From Planctomycetota bacterium (GTDB lineage: Bacteria > Planctomycetota > PLA2 > JAEUHO01): 64,000 bases of DNA. Positions 55,928-64,000 of the stretch are shown in pieces. Position 1 is the first letter of the stretch. Each line of letters starts with the position of its first letter. The notes under the pieces are model-generated. The model saw nothing but the letters and a program-made list of their open reading frames with translations, made no database searches and had not been told where the DNA came from. The stretch is from the NCBI GenBank assembly GCA_050248855.1, contig JBFWRP010000010.1, forward strand, positions 64,001-128,000. Reading direction: 5' to 3'. The translations under genes were made by a program, and so were the position numbers.

Positions 55928-56824
55928 ATGGGCCGCGACGTGGCCAGCCGCTACCGCCGCCTCGCGGCCCTCTACCGCGCCGGCGTCCCCTGGGCGACGG
56001 CCGTCGACGACGTGCTGGGTGCGGAGGCCGCCACACGTGCCCGGCACGGCGCGCCGGTCCACGCCATCCTCCGCGACGTCTCGCCCCTGGATCGCGCGCT
56101 GCTCGAGGCCGGCGAAGCGACAGGCCAGCTGGAGGCGACACTCGAGCGCCTGGCCGTACGGCACGAGGCGCTGTCGCGCGCGCGCACGTCCAGCCTGTCC
56201 ACGCTCGCCTACCCGCTCGTCCTGGCCCACGTGGGCGCCGTGCTGGTCGCGCTACCCGACGTCCTGACGGGCCGCCCGGCGGCCGGCTTGCTGTGGTCCG
56301 CATTGCTGGTCGTCCCGATCTGGCTGCTCGTGGCATTCGTGCGCGGGATCCTCGGGCCGGGCCGGGCGCGGGCACCGGGCGTGACGCCTGGGCTCCACTG
56401 GTGGAACGCGGGACGCGTGCTGGATGCCGACCACGCCGCGCTGCTCGCACTCGCCGACGCGCACGACGCGGGCCTCTCCTTGGACCGCGCCGCACGCCTG
56501 GCCGCCGAGGCCGGCGTCGGGGGGCGCGTGGCCGGCGACCTGGCGCGGGCCTCGACCTACGTGGCGGCGGGACGACCGCTCGCCACGGCGTGGGACGCGA
56601 CGCCCCCTTCGATTCGCGACGAGCTCGTGAGCGGAGAACAAGCCGGCGACCTCGCCGCGGCCTGTCGCCATGGCGCCGCGCGCCTGCACGAAGACGCGCA
56701 GGCGTGGCGTTCGAGGTTCCAGGCCCTGGTGCCCGTGATCGCCCTGCTGGTCGTGGGCGGCGTGATCGCCGTGCGCGTGCTGGGCTACTACGCCAGCATC
56801 TACGAGCAGCTGGGCCGCTTCTGA
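55928..56824 (+). CDS. Type II secretion system F / PilC family platform protein (short, divergent)
   Basis: LAALYRAGVP, AGEATGQLEATLERLA, LAYP, GLSL..A, SGEQAGDL, C-terminal TM + YASIY. Confidence 0.82.
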   Translation: MGRDVASRYRRLAALYRAGVPWATAVDDVLGAEAATRARHGAPVHAILRDVSPLDRALLEAGEATGQLEATLERLAVRHEALSRARTSSLSTLAYPLVLAHVGAVLVALPDVLTGRPAAGLLWSALLVVPIWLLVAFVRGILGPGRARAPGVTPGLHWWNAGRVLDADHAALLALADAHDAGLSLDRAARLAAEAGVGGRVAGDLARASTYVAAGRPLATAWDATPPSIRDELVSGEQAGDLAAACRHGAARLHEDAQAWRSRFQALVPVIALLVVGGVIAVRVLGYYASIYEQLGRF

Positions 56825-58206
56825 TCCACGAGCTCCGCGAGGTCCAAGCTGGCGCGCCGTGTGGGCTCCGGCTGCACGAGTCGCCGCTGGACCTCGTCGG
56901 CCACGAGGGCCCCCAGCGCAACGCCGATCGCACCGCGAGGCGCGTCGACGGCGCACGCATCCTGCGGGCGCATGCCCACCACGAGCGCTCCGCCGTCGGC
57001 GCCCGGACCGATGCGGGTCGCGTCGGGCAGCACCACCTCGACGCCTGGACCCGCGCGACGCCGCACCGTCACCCCGGCGGCCGCGAGGTAGCGTGCGGCG
57101 GTGCGCGCCGCCAGCCCGCTCCCCGTCACGACGACCTCCGCGTCGAGCAGGCGCCGCTGGCCCGCCACGCCGACCTCGGGCAACACGACCTGGCGCGCGT
57201 AGCGCTCCACGTCGATGCCACGCGCGACCGCCTGCGGTGGCCCCTCGCGCATGACCTCCACGACGAGATCGACGCCGTCGCCGCGCGCCGTGGACGCGAC
57301 CACGCGGTGGCCGGCGGCACGGACGCCGTCGGGGACCGTCGCTGCGCCCTCGGCGCCGAGGCGCAAGCGCAGGCGTGCGCCGCGGGGCGCCGCGTCCAAC
57401 GCCTCGCGCGCGCGCAGCAGGTTGAGGGGGCACCGCGTGCTGATCAGGTCGAGCGTGGCCGTGACGGCCTCGAGAGCCGGCGCGTCGGAGGCGCCTACGG
57501 CGCCGATGTCGCAGGCCGGCCCCGCAGCCAGCGGCCCGGGCGCAACCGCCTCGCCCCCGCACACGGGGCACGCAGGGTCCGGCCGCGCGCCCAGCGTCAT
57601 CGCGCGCGAGGACGTGAAGTCGAGCACGTCGTAGGTGGGGCGCCGGAGGTCGCCCGCGGCCAGCCGCAGCGCGAGCAGCGCGGCCAACGCCCCGGTCACG
57701 CCGACCACGCCGTTCCAGACGCCCAAGTCCGCGCAGCTGCCGCCGTCGCCGTCCAGGCGTCCGAACAGGCAGGCGAGGCACGGCCGGCCGCCTGCGGGCA
57801 CCGCGAGACGCCGACCCTCCGAGCGCAGGCCGGCCGCGTGGGCCAGGGGGCGCCTGGCGTAGACGGCCGCGCGCGAGACCCAGTCCTTCACCCATGCGCC
57901 GTCGGTCGCGTCCACCCAGACGTGGGCCGACGCCCCGAGCCGCGCAAGCCGATGCTCGTCGAACCGGTCCTGCACGCCCTCGGTACGGACGTCGGCCACC
58001 GCGGCCAGGCGCGCGGCCGCCGCGTGCGCCTTCGGCCGACCGACGTCCTCGGGCTCGAACAGCACCTGGCGAGGCAGGTTGGACGGCTCGACGACGTCCG
58101 GGTCCACGAACGTCACGCGCTCCACGCCTTCCGCGGCCAGCGCCAGACCGGCCGGACAGCCGAGGCCCCCAGCACCGATCACGAGCACGTGGAGATCACC
58201 GCTCAT
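56800..58206 (-). CDS. ThiF/MoeB-family adenylyltransferase fused to a TusA/SirA-like domain and a second degenerate ThiF domain
   Basis: GAGGLG, DPDVVEPSNLPRQ, CLAC/CPVC; LDLISTRCPLN (TusA-like); ERYARQVVLPEVGVAGQRRL. Confidence 0.88.
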   Translation of the reverse strand: MSGDLHVLVIGAGGLGCPAGLALAAEGVERVTFVDPDVVEPSNLPRQVLFEPEDVGRPKAHAAAARLAAVADVRTEGVQDRFDEHRLARLGASAHVWVDATDGAWVKDWVSRAAVYARRPLAHAAGLRSEGRRLAVPAGGRPCLACLFGRLDGDGGSCADLGVWNGVVGVTGALAALLALRLAAGDLRRPTYDVLDFTSSRAMTLGARPDPACPVCGGEAVAPGPLAAGPACDIGAVGASDAPALEAVTATLDLISTRCPLNLLRAREALDAAPRGARLRLRLGAEGAATVPDGVRAAGHRVVASTARGDGVDLVVEVMREGPPQAVARGIDVERYARQVVLPEVGVAGQRRLLDAEVVVTGSGLAARTAARYLAAAGVTVRRRAGPGVEVVLPDATRIGPGADGGALVVGMRPQDACAVDAPRGAIGVALGALVADEVQRRLVQPEPTRRASLDLAELVDQKRPSCS

Positions 58207-58862
58207 GGCCGGCGTCGTCGGGCGAGGAACAGGAGGGCTGCCACGCCCAGCGCCGCGGCGCCCAGACGTCCCAGGCGCAGCGCGGCATCCCGCGGCGTCG
58301 GCAGCGTGACGGTGGAGGCGGCCAGCGGCACGCGGCCGTAGATCTCGCCCTCGTGCAGACGGTCATGCCCCGCCACGCCGTAGGCGAGGGCAACCAGCGG
58401 GTCGTGGGCCAACACCTCGAGCCGCGTCACGCCGCGCGTGTCGGCGGGCTGGCGATCGGCCGCGGCGTCGGCCCAGAGCAGCGCCGTGGAGGCACCGACC
58501 ACGGCGAGCAGGCCGAGCCCTCCGGCACCCGCCCACGGCACGCCCACCTGACGCGCCAGCGCACCGCCCCCCAACGCCAGGAGCCCCATGCCGATCGCGA
58601 GCAGCGCGAGGCCCCCCACGCTTGTCGCGCCCAGAGGTCCGCCCACGAGCACGAGCAGGAGCGCGCCGACACCGGTCCCGAGCAGCGCCGGGCGCGTGGG
58701 TCGCGCCCCCGCCCACGCCGTGATCGCCCCCGCCACCAGGAGCCCGGCAGCAAGCGCCTGGAAACAGCCCTGCGCACCCGCCGGTGCCGCGACACGCACG
58801 ACAAGGGCTGCGCCCGCGGGAGCGAGCGCACGCAGGCCGAAAGCGACGTGGGCTGCGGTCAG
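58203..58862 (-). CDS. Hypothetical multi-pass membrane protein
   Basis: C-terminal part of 58203..59417 ORF with about 5-6 hydrophobic segments; ATGA overlap with ThiF gene; start uncertain (CTG 58862 or GTG 58799). Confidence 0.65.
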   Translation of the reverse strand: MTAAHVAFGLRALAPAGAALVVRVAAPAGAQGCFQALAAGLLVAGAITAWAGARPTRPALLGTGVGALLLVLVGGPLGATSVGGLALLAIGMGLLALGGGALARQVGVPWAGAGGLGLLAVVGASTALLWADAAADRQPADTRGVTRLEVLAHDPLVALAYGVAGHDRLHEGEIYGRVPLAASTVTLPTPRDAALRLGRLGAAALGVAALLFLARRRRP

Positions 58863-58869
58863 GCGGCCC

Positions 58870-60165
58870 CTACGGCAGGCGGTTCGTGACGAGGCCGAGC
58901 GTCTGCATCGCGTAGGCGGTGCCGAGCACCTTCGAGCCCTCGTCCCAGCTGTCGTCGTCGGGGTTGTGCCACGCGCCGTCTTCGGCCTGCAGACCGAGCA
59001 GCACGTCGGCGATCTCCTTGCGCCACGCGTGCGGGCGCCCATCGGCATCGCGCACGGTGAGCGGCTTGCCGGTGACCTTCTCGTACTCGGCCAGCGCGCG
59101 CGCGGCCGTGTACAGGTAGTACAACCAGCCCTTGCGCGACTGCTTCGCGGCGTCCGTCGCGTGCTCGAAGCCGGGGTTGCGCTCCACGGTCCAATGCTCG
59201 GACACCCACTTGACGACGCGCTCGACGCGCGGGTCACCGGCGGGCACGCCTGCGAAGAGCAGGCACTTGAGGAGCGCGTAGGACATCGAGCCGTAGCTGC
59301 GCGGCTCGTAGCGGCCGTCGCTGCGCTGGACGAGCCCGGCCTTGAAGTCCTTGGTGACGACCCCGGGGTTGTAGAAGCCGCCCCCGTCGTCGGCGGGCAC
59401 GACCTCGCGCTCGGCACCGTCGATCTCGACCGTGCCGGTCCAGTCGTTGGTCTCGCTGGAGTTCTGCACGCGGCGCAGGTAGCGCTGCATGCGCGTCCAG
59501 ACCGGGCTGTCCGCGGGCACGCCGCCGTCGTCCTTCAAGGCCTGCGCGGCGATCTGCAGGTTGGAGAGATCCGCCGGGGAGCCCGTCACTTCCTGCTTGT
59601 ACGGAAAGCCGCCGTAGGACGGATCCGACTCCTCGCCCTGGATCTGGGAGGCGACGAGATACGCGCGCGCCTTCGCCTGGGCCGCGGCGTGCTTGGGGAC
59701 GCGGGCCGCGGCGAGCGCTCCGATCGCGGTGCTCGTGTGGTAGTTCCTGTAGATCGGCTTGTCCCAGATCGAGCCGTCTTCCTTCTGCTGGCTCACGAGC
59801 CAGTCGAGCGCCTTCTGGAGCGGCTCGCTGGCGCGCACGGCCTCCTTGTCGAGCGAGGCGACCAAGGCCATCACGGCCATGGCCGTGTAGCCGGTGTCGA
59901 TCCCACCGGCCGCGGGGTCGCCGAAGGCGCCGCTCGCGTCCTGCTGCGCCAGGAGGAACCCACGTCCGCGCGCCAGCGCGGCCTGCACGGCGTCGGTGTC
60001 GACGCCCGACGGCGCCGCCAGCTCGGTGCCGCCACCCGCGTCGTCGGCGCCGCCGCCGGCCGGGGGCGCGGGCGGGCCGTCCTTCTTGTCACCGTCGCCG
60101 CAGGCGCCGAGGGGGAGGAGCAGCAGGGCGGCCAGCACGGCGGCCACGGGGAAGAAGCGGGGCAT
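58870..60165 (-). CDS. Prenyltransferase/squalene-oxidase repeat lipoprotein (alpha/alpha barrel)
   Basis: Lipobox LGA-C; QW-like repeats LLAQQDASGAF, LVSQQKEDGSI, LLGLQAEDGAW; ADLSN, SYGSMSY. Confidence 0.85.
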   Translation of the reverse strand: MPRFFPVAAVLAALLLLPLGACGDGDKKDGPPAPPAGGGADDAGGGTELAAPSGVDTDAVQAALARGRGFLLAQQDASGAFGDPAAGGIDTGYTAMAVMALVASLDKEAVRASEPLQKALDWLVSQQKEDGSIWDKPIYRNYHTSTAIGALAAARVPKHAAAQAKARAYLVASQIQGEESDPSYGGFPYKQEVTGSPADLSNLQIAAQALKDDGGVPADSPVWTRMQRYLRRVQNSSETNDWTGTVEIDGAEREVVPADDGGGFYNPGVVTKDFKAGLVQRSDGRYEPRSYGSMSYALLKCLLFAGVPAGDPRVERVVKWVSEHWTVERNPGFEHATDAAKQSRKGWLYYLYTAARALAEYEKVTGKPLTVRDADGRPHAWRKEIADVLLGLQAEDGAWHNPDDDSWDEGSKVLGTAYAMQTLGLVTNRLP

Positions 60166-60296
60166 GGGGCTCTCCGGCAGGATGCGCGCTCCCGGGTGGA
60201 GCGGGCCAGGTCCCCCGCAAACGTGGGCCCACGGGGCGGGTTCGTCCAGCGGGGCGGGAGGGCTCCGACCGGGCCGTCTGCCGATAGTCTGCGCCG

Positions 60297-60755
60297 ATGG
60301 CGAGGCCCCGCTGGAGGACCCCCGTGCCGCCGCTCGACCCCCAGGCCCCGGAAGACCGCGGCCGCTTCGACCGCGGCGTGGTCCTGTTCAACGCCGGCGC
60401 CTTCTACGACGCCCACGAAGACTGGGAAGACCTCTGGCACGAGGCGGAAGGGGCCGAGCGCCTCTGGCTCCAGGGCCTGATCCAGATCGCTGCCGCCTTC
60501 GTGCACTGGTCGCGGGGGTTCCACGCCAGCGGCTTCGCCCGGCTCCTCGAACAGGCTCGCGAGAAGGTGGACGGCTATGCCGGGCGCACGTGGGGCGTCG
60601 ACTGGCCGCGCCTGAAGGCCGACCTCGAGCCGTGGTACGCGCACGGCCGCGAGGTCGCCGCCGGCGCCGACCTCAAGGCATCGGGACCCGCGAGCCCGCC
60701 GCAGGTCCATGCGGTCCCCGGATACGAGATCGACCCCCTACCCATCGAGGAGTAG
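60297..60755 (+). CDS. DUF309 domain protein
   Basis: GVVLFNAGAFYDAHEDWEDLW...LQGLIQIAAAFVH. Confidence 0.88.
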   Translation: MARPRWRTPVPPLDPQAPEDRGRFDRGVVLFNAGAFYDAHEDWEDLWHEAEGAERLWLQGLIQIAAAFVHWSRGFHASGFARLLEQAREKVDGYAGRTWGVDWPRLKADLEPWYAHGREVAAGADLKASGPASPPQVHAVPGYEIDPLPIEE

Positions 60756-60822
60756 GGGGTCGACCCAGGCACCCGAGCGGGCGCGAAGCGAAGGGCGGCC
60801 GACGGCCGCCTGGGCTCTAGCC

Positions 60823-61482
60823 TCAGGTGAAGCAGGTGCCGGCCGTCGAGCTGTACGTGCCCGGCGAAGGACGCGGAGCGGCGTACTCGACGCGCACCGG
60901 GCGCGGCGCAGCCACACCCTGGCTCGCGTCCCGCAGCGAGCGGACCGCGCTGCCGAGGCCCGCCCCGGCCGCGGGAGCAGGCGAGGACGTCGCGTACGAC
61001 GGCGTGCTTGCGCGGTACGTGCTGTCACGACGGATCCACGGACGACCCGCTTCGTCGTACTCGATGCGGGGGTCGTCCACGCGCACGGTGCGGCTCGGCG
61101 TGGCGGCTGCCACGTACGTCGGCTGGACGTAGCGCGTGGTCGGCACGGCTGCCGTGCGAGCCGGCGCGCTGTAGCCGCGCTCGATCCACACGTTGCCGTT
61201 GCGGTCGACGTAGCGATGCGCCGTCGGCGCCGGTGCGGCGGCAACCGTGGGGGCCGCGTTCTGCACGTAGCGCGTGTTCGACGCGTAGGACGTCCGGTAG
61301 GAGGTGTAGGTGGTCGGCGCACGGTAGTAGGCGCGACGGGAGTACGTGCGGGCCCGCGTGCGGCTGCTCGGCGTCGAGAAGGCGCCGTGGCCGTGACCGT
61401 AGGCGCTGGCCGGCTCCTGGGCGAACAGGGCGGCCGCGGCGGCAGCGCCGCCGAGGAACAAGAGAGCGCGGATGGTGCGCAT
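60823..61482 (-). CDS. Secreted low-complexity Tyr/Arg/Thr-rich hypothetical protein
   Basis: Signal peptide MRTIRALLFLGGAAAAAALFAQEPASA; GGGAGG SD; repeated RYV motifs. Confidence 0.68.
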   Translation of the reverse strand: MRTIRALLFLGGAAAAAALFAQEPASAYGHGHGAFSTPSSRTRARTYSRRAYYRAPTTYTSYRTSYASNTRYVQNAAPTVAAAPAPTAHRYVDRNGNVWIERGYSAPARTAAVPTTRYVQPTYVAAATPSRTVRVDDPRIEYDEAGRPWIRRDSTYRASTPSYATSSPAPAAGAGLGSAVRSLRDASQGVAAPRPVRVEYAAPRPSPGTYSSTAGTCFT

Positions 61483-61828
61483 GGAAACCCTCCCGCCGAA
61501 GTGACGCGCCGCGCGGACGAGGCACCCCGGCAAGTTGCATGGTCGGCAGTTCGACCCGGCGACCGAAGCCACCCGGGCCAAAAAACCTTCCGGCCCCCAC
61601 CGCGGGGGCCCCTTCGCCTCTCCCTCGAAGGGTCTTCGAGGGCTACGAGCAGCCTACGCCTGTCGACCCACGCTGGCAGCGCTCAATTCCACCGTTGCGA
61701 TGGGAAACGGCCGGCGGACCAAGCCCCGGATGTCACCGCCCCATCCCCGGCCCGCGCGGATCCGGGGCCGGCCGGCGCTTGCGTTCAGCCGCCCCGGCGC
61801 TATCGTCCCGACCCCTGTCATCTGACAC

Positions 61829-61905
61829 GCGGGCGTAGCTCAATTGGATAGAGCACCTGACTACGGATCAGGAGGTTTGGGGTTCGAGTCCCTACGCCCG
61901 TACCA
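61829..61905 (+). tRNA. tRNA-Arg (ACG)
   Basis: Acceptor GCGGGCG/CGCCCGT, D arm, anticodon arm CCTGA-CTACGGA-TCAGG, T loop TTCGAGT, encoded CCA. Confidence 0.97.
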
Positions 61906-61923
61906 CCTTTTGCTTGGCGCCGG

Positions 61924-62229
61924 GGCCCCGGAGCCCCTGGCGCGGTTGGTGGCCGAACGTGGATGGTTGCTCGAGCACGGGACGGCCCCGGAGCCCCTGG
62001 CGCGGTTGGTGGCCGAACGTGGATGGTTGCTCGAGCACGGGGCGGCCCCGGAGCCCCTGGCGCGGCTGGCGGCCGAACGTGGCTGGTTGCTCGAGCACGG
62101 GACGGCCCCGGAGCCCCTGGCGCGGTTGGTGGCCGAACGTGGATGGTTGCTCGAGCACGGGGCGGCCCCGGAGCCCCTGGCGCGGTTGGTGGCCGAACGT
62201 GGATGGTCGCTCGAGCACGGGGCGGCCCC
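61924..62229 (+). repeat. Five near-identical 60-bp tandem repeats immediately downstream of tRNA-Arg
   Basis: Lines 61921-62161 are almost identical at 60-bp period; each unit has the palindrome TGCTCGAGCA (one mismatch in copy 5). Confidence 0.95.
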
Positions 62230-62287
62230 CATGCGCCGGCGGTGATGGGCGCCGGGCGGCGTCCCCCCGTGGGGGCACCATCGGCGC

Positions 62288-63232
62288 GTGATACGGACGT
62301 GGTTTCTCGACGATCCTCGCGCCGCGGCGGTGCAGGGCCTGCCGGATGCCGAGGCGCGGCGCCGCCCCCACTGGGTGGAGGTGGTCGAGCCGGACGCAAC
62401 CGAGCAGAGCGAGCTGAAGGCCCAGTACGGCCTGCATGACGTGACGCTCGGGGCTGCTCTTCGCGAGGGGCACCCGCCGCGCCTCCTCGAGAGCGCGCAG
62501 CACGTCGGCGTGATCCTGCAGACGCCGCTGGCGACCACCGCCAAGGGCTTCCGCAAGATCGGCGTGCTGGTGGCCGACGGCTGGGTCCTGACCGTGCTCC
62601 GCAAGCCCCTGGCACCGCTGCAGCACATGTTGCAGCACCTGCGCGCCAGGGCCGCCGAGTCCGGCCTGGCGCCGGGCGACGTGTTCTACGCGCTCCTCGA
62701 CCAAGCCACCCTGGGCTTCGAGGGCTTGGCCGACGCCATCTACGACCGCTCGCTGGCGCTCGAGCGCGCCCTCGACGAGGACGCCCAGAGCGGCTTCTTG
62801 AAGGAGCTGCTCGCGGTCCGCCAGGACCTCCTGCGTCTCAACCGCAGCCTGCGCCGCCAGCGCGACGTGGTCCAGGCGCTCTCCCGCCACGAGCACCCCG
62901 TGATCGGCGAACGGCTGCGCCCGTACCTGCGCGACGTGGCCGACCACATGACGCGCGTATACGAAATGGCCGAGGCGGCGCGCGAGGGAATCCTGGCGCT
63001 GCGCGACACGCACCTCTCGCTGGTCAACAACCGCCTCAGCGAGACCATGCGCGTGCTCACGGTGATCGCCACGATCATGATGCCGCTCTCGCTGGTGGCA
63101 GGCATCTACGGCATGAACGTGGCGGGCCTGCCTGGTGGCGAGAGCCCGTTCGCCATCTGGGCCATCCTCGGCGGCATGCTCGCCCTCGCCAGCGGCATGC
63201 TCGTCTGGTTCCGTCGCCGGCGTTGGGTGTAG
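62288..63232 (+). CDS. corA: CorA family magnesium transporter
   Basis: YLRDVADH, NRLSETMRVLTVIATIMMP, signature YGMN, second TM and WFRRRRW. Confidence 0.92.
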   Translation: MIRTWFLDDPRAAAVQGLPDAEARRRPHWVEVVEPDATEQSELKAQYGLHDVTLGAALREGHPPRLLESAQHVGVILQTPLATTAKGFRKIGVLVADGWVLTVLRKPLAPLQHMLQHLRARAAESGLAPGDVFYALLDQATLGFEGLADAIYDRSLALERALDEDAQSGFLKELLAVRQDLLRLNRSLRRQRDVVQALSRHEHPVIGERLRPYLRDVADHMTRVYEMAEAAREGILALRDTHLSLVNNRLSETMRVLTVIATIMMPLSLVAGIYGMNVAGLPGGESPFAIWAILGGMLALASGMLVWFRRRRWV

Positions 63233-63372
63233 CGGATCGCCCGAGCCGCACGAGCCCACCTGGGTCCCCGACCGCTCACGGATTGCTCGGCGTTCGAATC
63301 CCTTGCGTACCCCTGCCGGACGTACCATGCGGCGCTCGACCTGCCTGAGCGGGCAGGCCGCTGGAGCGCTCG

Positions 63373-64000
63373 ATGTCGAAGATCGTCCTGGCCTTCTCCG
63401 GGGGGCTCGACACGACCTTCTGCGTCCTCTGGCTGCGCGAGCAGACCGGCGCGGAGATCGTCACCGTTACCGTGGACACCGGAGGGTTCGCCGAGGGCGA
63501 GCTCGAGGCGATCGCTGCGCGCGCGGCCTCCCTGGGCGTCACCGACCACCGCACGGTGGACGCCCGGGCCGATGTCTTCGACCGCTTCGTCGGCTACCTG
63601 ATCAAGGCCAACGGCCTGCGCGGCGGGGTCTACCCCGTGTCGGTCGGCGCCGAGCGCACGGCCCAGGCCGAGGCCGTCGTCCGCGTGGCCCGCGAGGTCG
63701 GCGCCACCGCCATCGGCCACGGCTCGACCCGCGCGGGGAACGACCAGATCCGCTTCGATGTCGCCATCCGGGCGCTGGCCCCGGAGCTGGCCATCCACGC
63801 GCCCATCCGCGATCTCAACTGGTCGCGTGCGCAGGAGAGCGCGTGGCTCGCCGAGCGCGGCATCCACATCGATGCCAAGACCGTCGACTACTCCATCAAC
63901 GTCGGCCTCTTCGGCACCACGATCGGCGGCAAGGAGACCCACGATCCCTGGAAGATGCCGCCGGAGTCCGTCTACGCGATGACGGCGGACCCGGCGACGA
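63373..64000 (+). CDS. argG: Argininosuccinate synthase; 5' part, runs off the window end
   Basis: Manual translation MSKIVLAFSGGLDTTFC...YPVSVGAER...HGSTRAGNDQIRFD...APIRD...YSINVGL; GGAG SD. Confidence 0.93.
   Translation, partial: MSKIVLAFSGGLDTTFCVLWLREQTGAEIVTVTVDTGGFAEGELEAIAARAASLGVTDHRTVDARADVFDRFVGYLIKANGLRGGVYPVSVGAERTAQAEAVVRVAREVGATAIGHGSTRAGNDQIRFDVAIRALAPELAIHAPIRDLNWSRAQESAWLAERGIHIDAKTVDYSINVGLFGTTIGGKETHDPWKMPPESVYAMTADPAT

Noticed and set aside
58870..60165. Squalene-hopene cyclase
   Set aside because: Only 431 aa, has a lipoprotein signal and no DxDD motif; fits the generic prenyltransferase-repeat family
61924..62229. CRISPR array
   Set aside because: Whole 60-bp units repeat with no unique spacers, and there are no cas genes in the window
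61844..62245. 133-aa ORF across the tRNA and repeat array
   Set aside because: Starts inside tRNA-Arg and stays open only because the repeat period is a multiple of three

Overview
A very GC-rich bacterial chromosomal segment, most likely from a Planctomycetota/PVC organism. That is an inference from the H-X9-DG pilin, the carboxypeptidase-regulatory-like repeat protein and the prenyltransferase-repeat lipoprotein. It is mostly core genome on the minus strand: pyrC-coaX, obg-rpmA-rplU, RNase E/G, a pilM-N-O(P)-secretin module downstream of a dnaX-recR-rpoN-truA-hpf-EIIA-HPr-EI run, dnaE, metK, waaA-secA-pyrD-lspA, xerD, vapBC, tal, uvrBC, tRNA-Arg, corA and the start of argG. I see no CRISPR, prophage or IS element. 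The notable points are: (1) a single-chain ThiF/MoeB-TusA-inactive ThiF fusion resembling the active/inactive adenylation-domain split of eukaryotic E1s; (2) TANNNT hexamers 6-7 nt before at least seven start codons, suggesting widespread leaderless mRNAs; (3) a type IV pilus/T2SS-like machine with a probable PilO-PilP fusion and a GspC-like PDZ protein; (4) a cluster of secreted proteins with sigma54 promoters, bracketed by two paralogous small lipoproteins; (5) a probable 6S RNA; (6) a 5x60-bp tandem array right after tRNA-Arg; (7) a mini-ORF coupling vapB to vapC; (8) a DnaE PHP domain with degenerate metal ligands. All calls come from reading motifs by eye; no searches were run.
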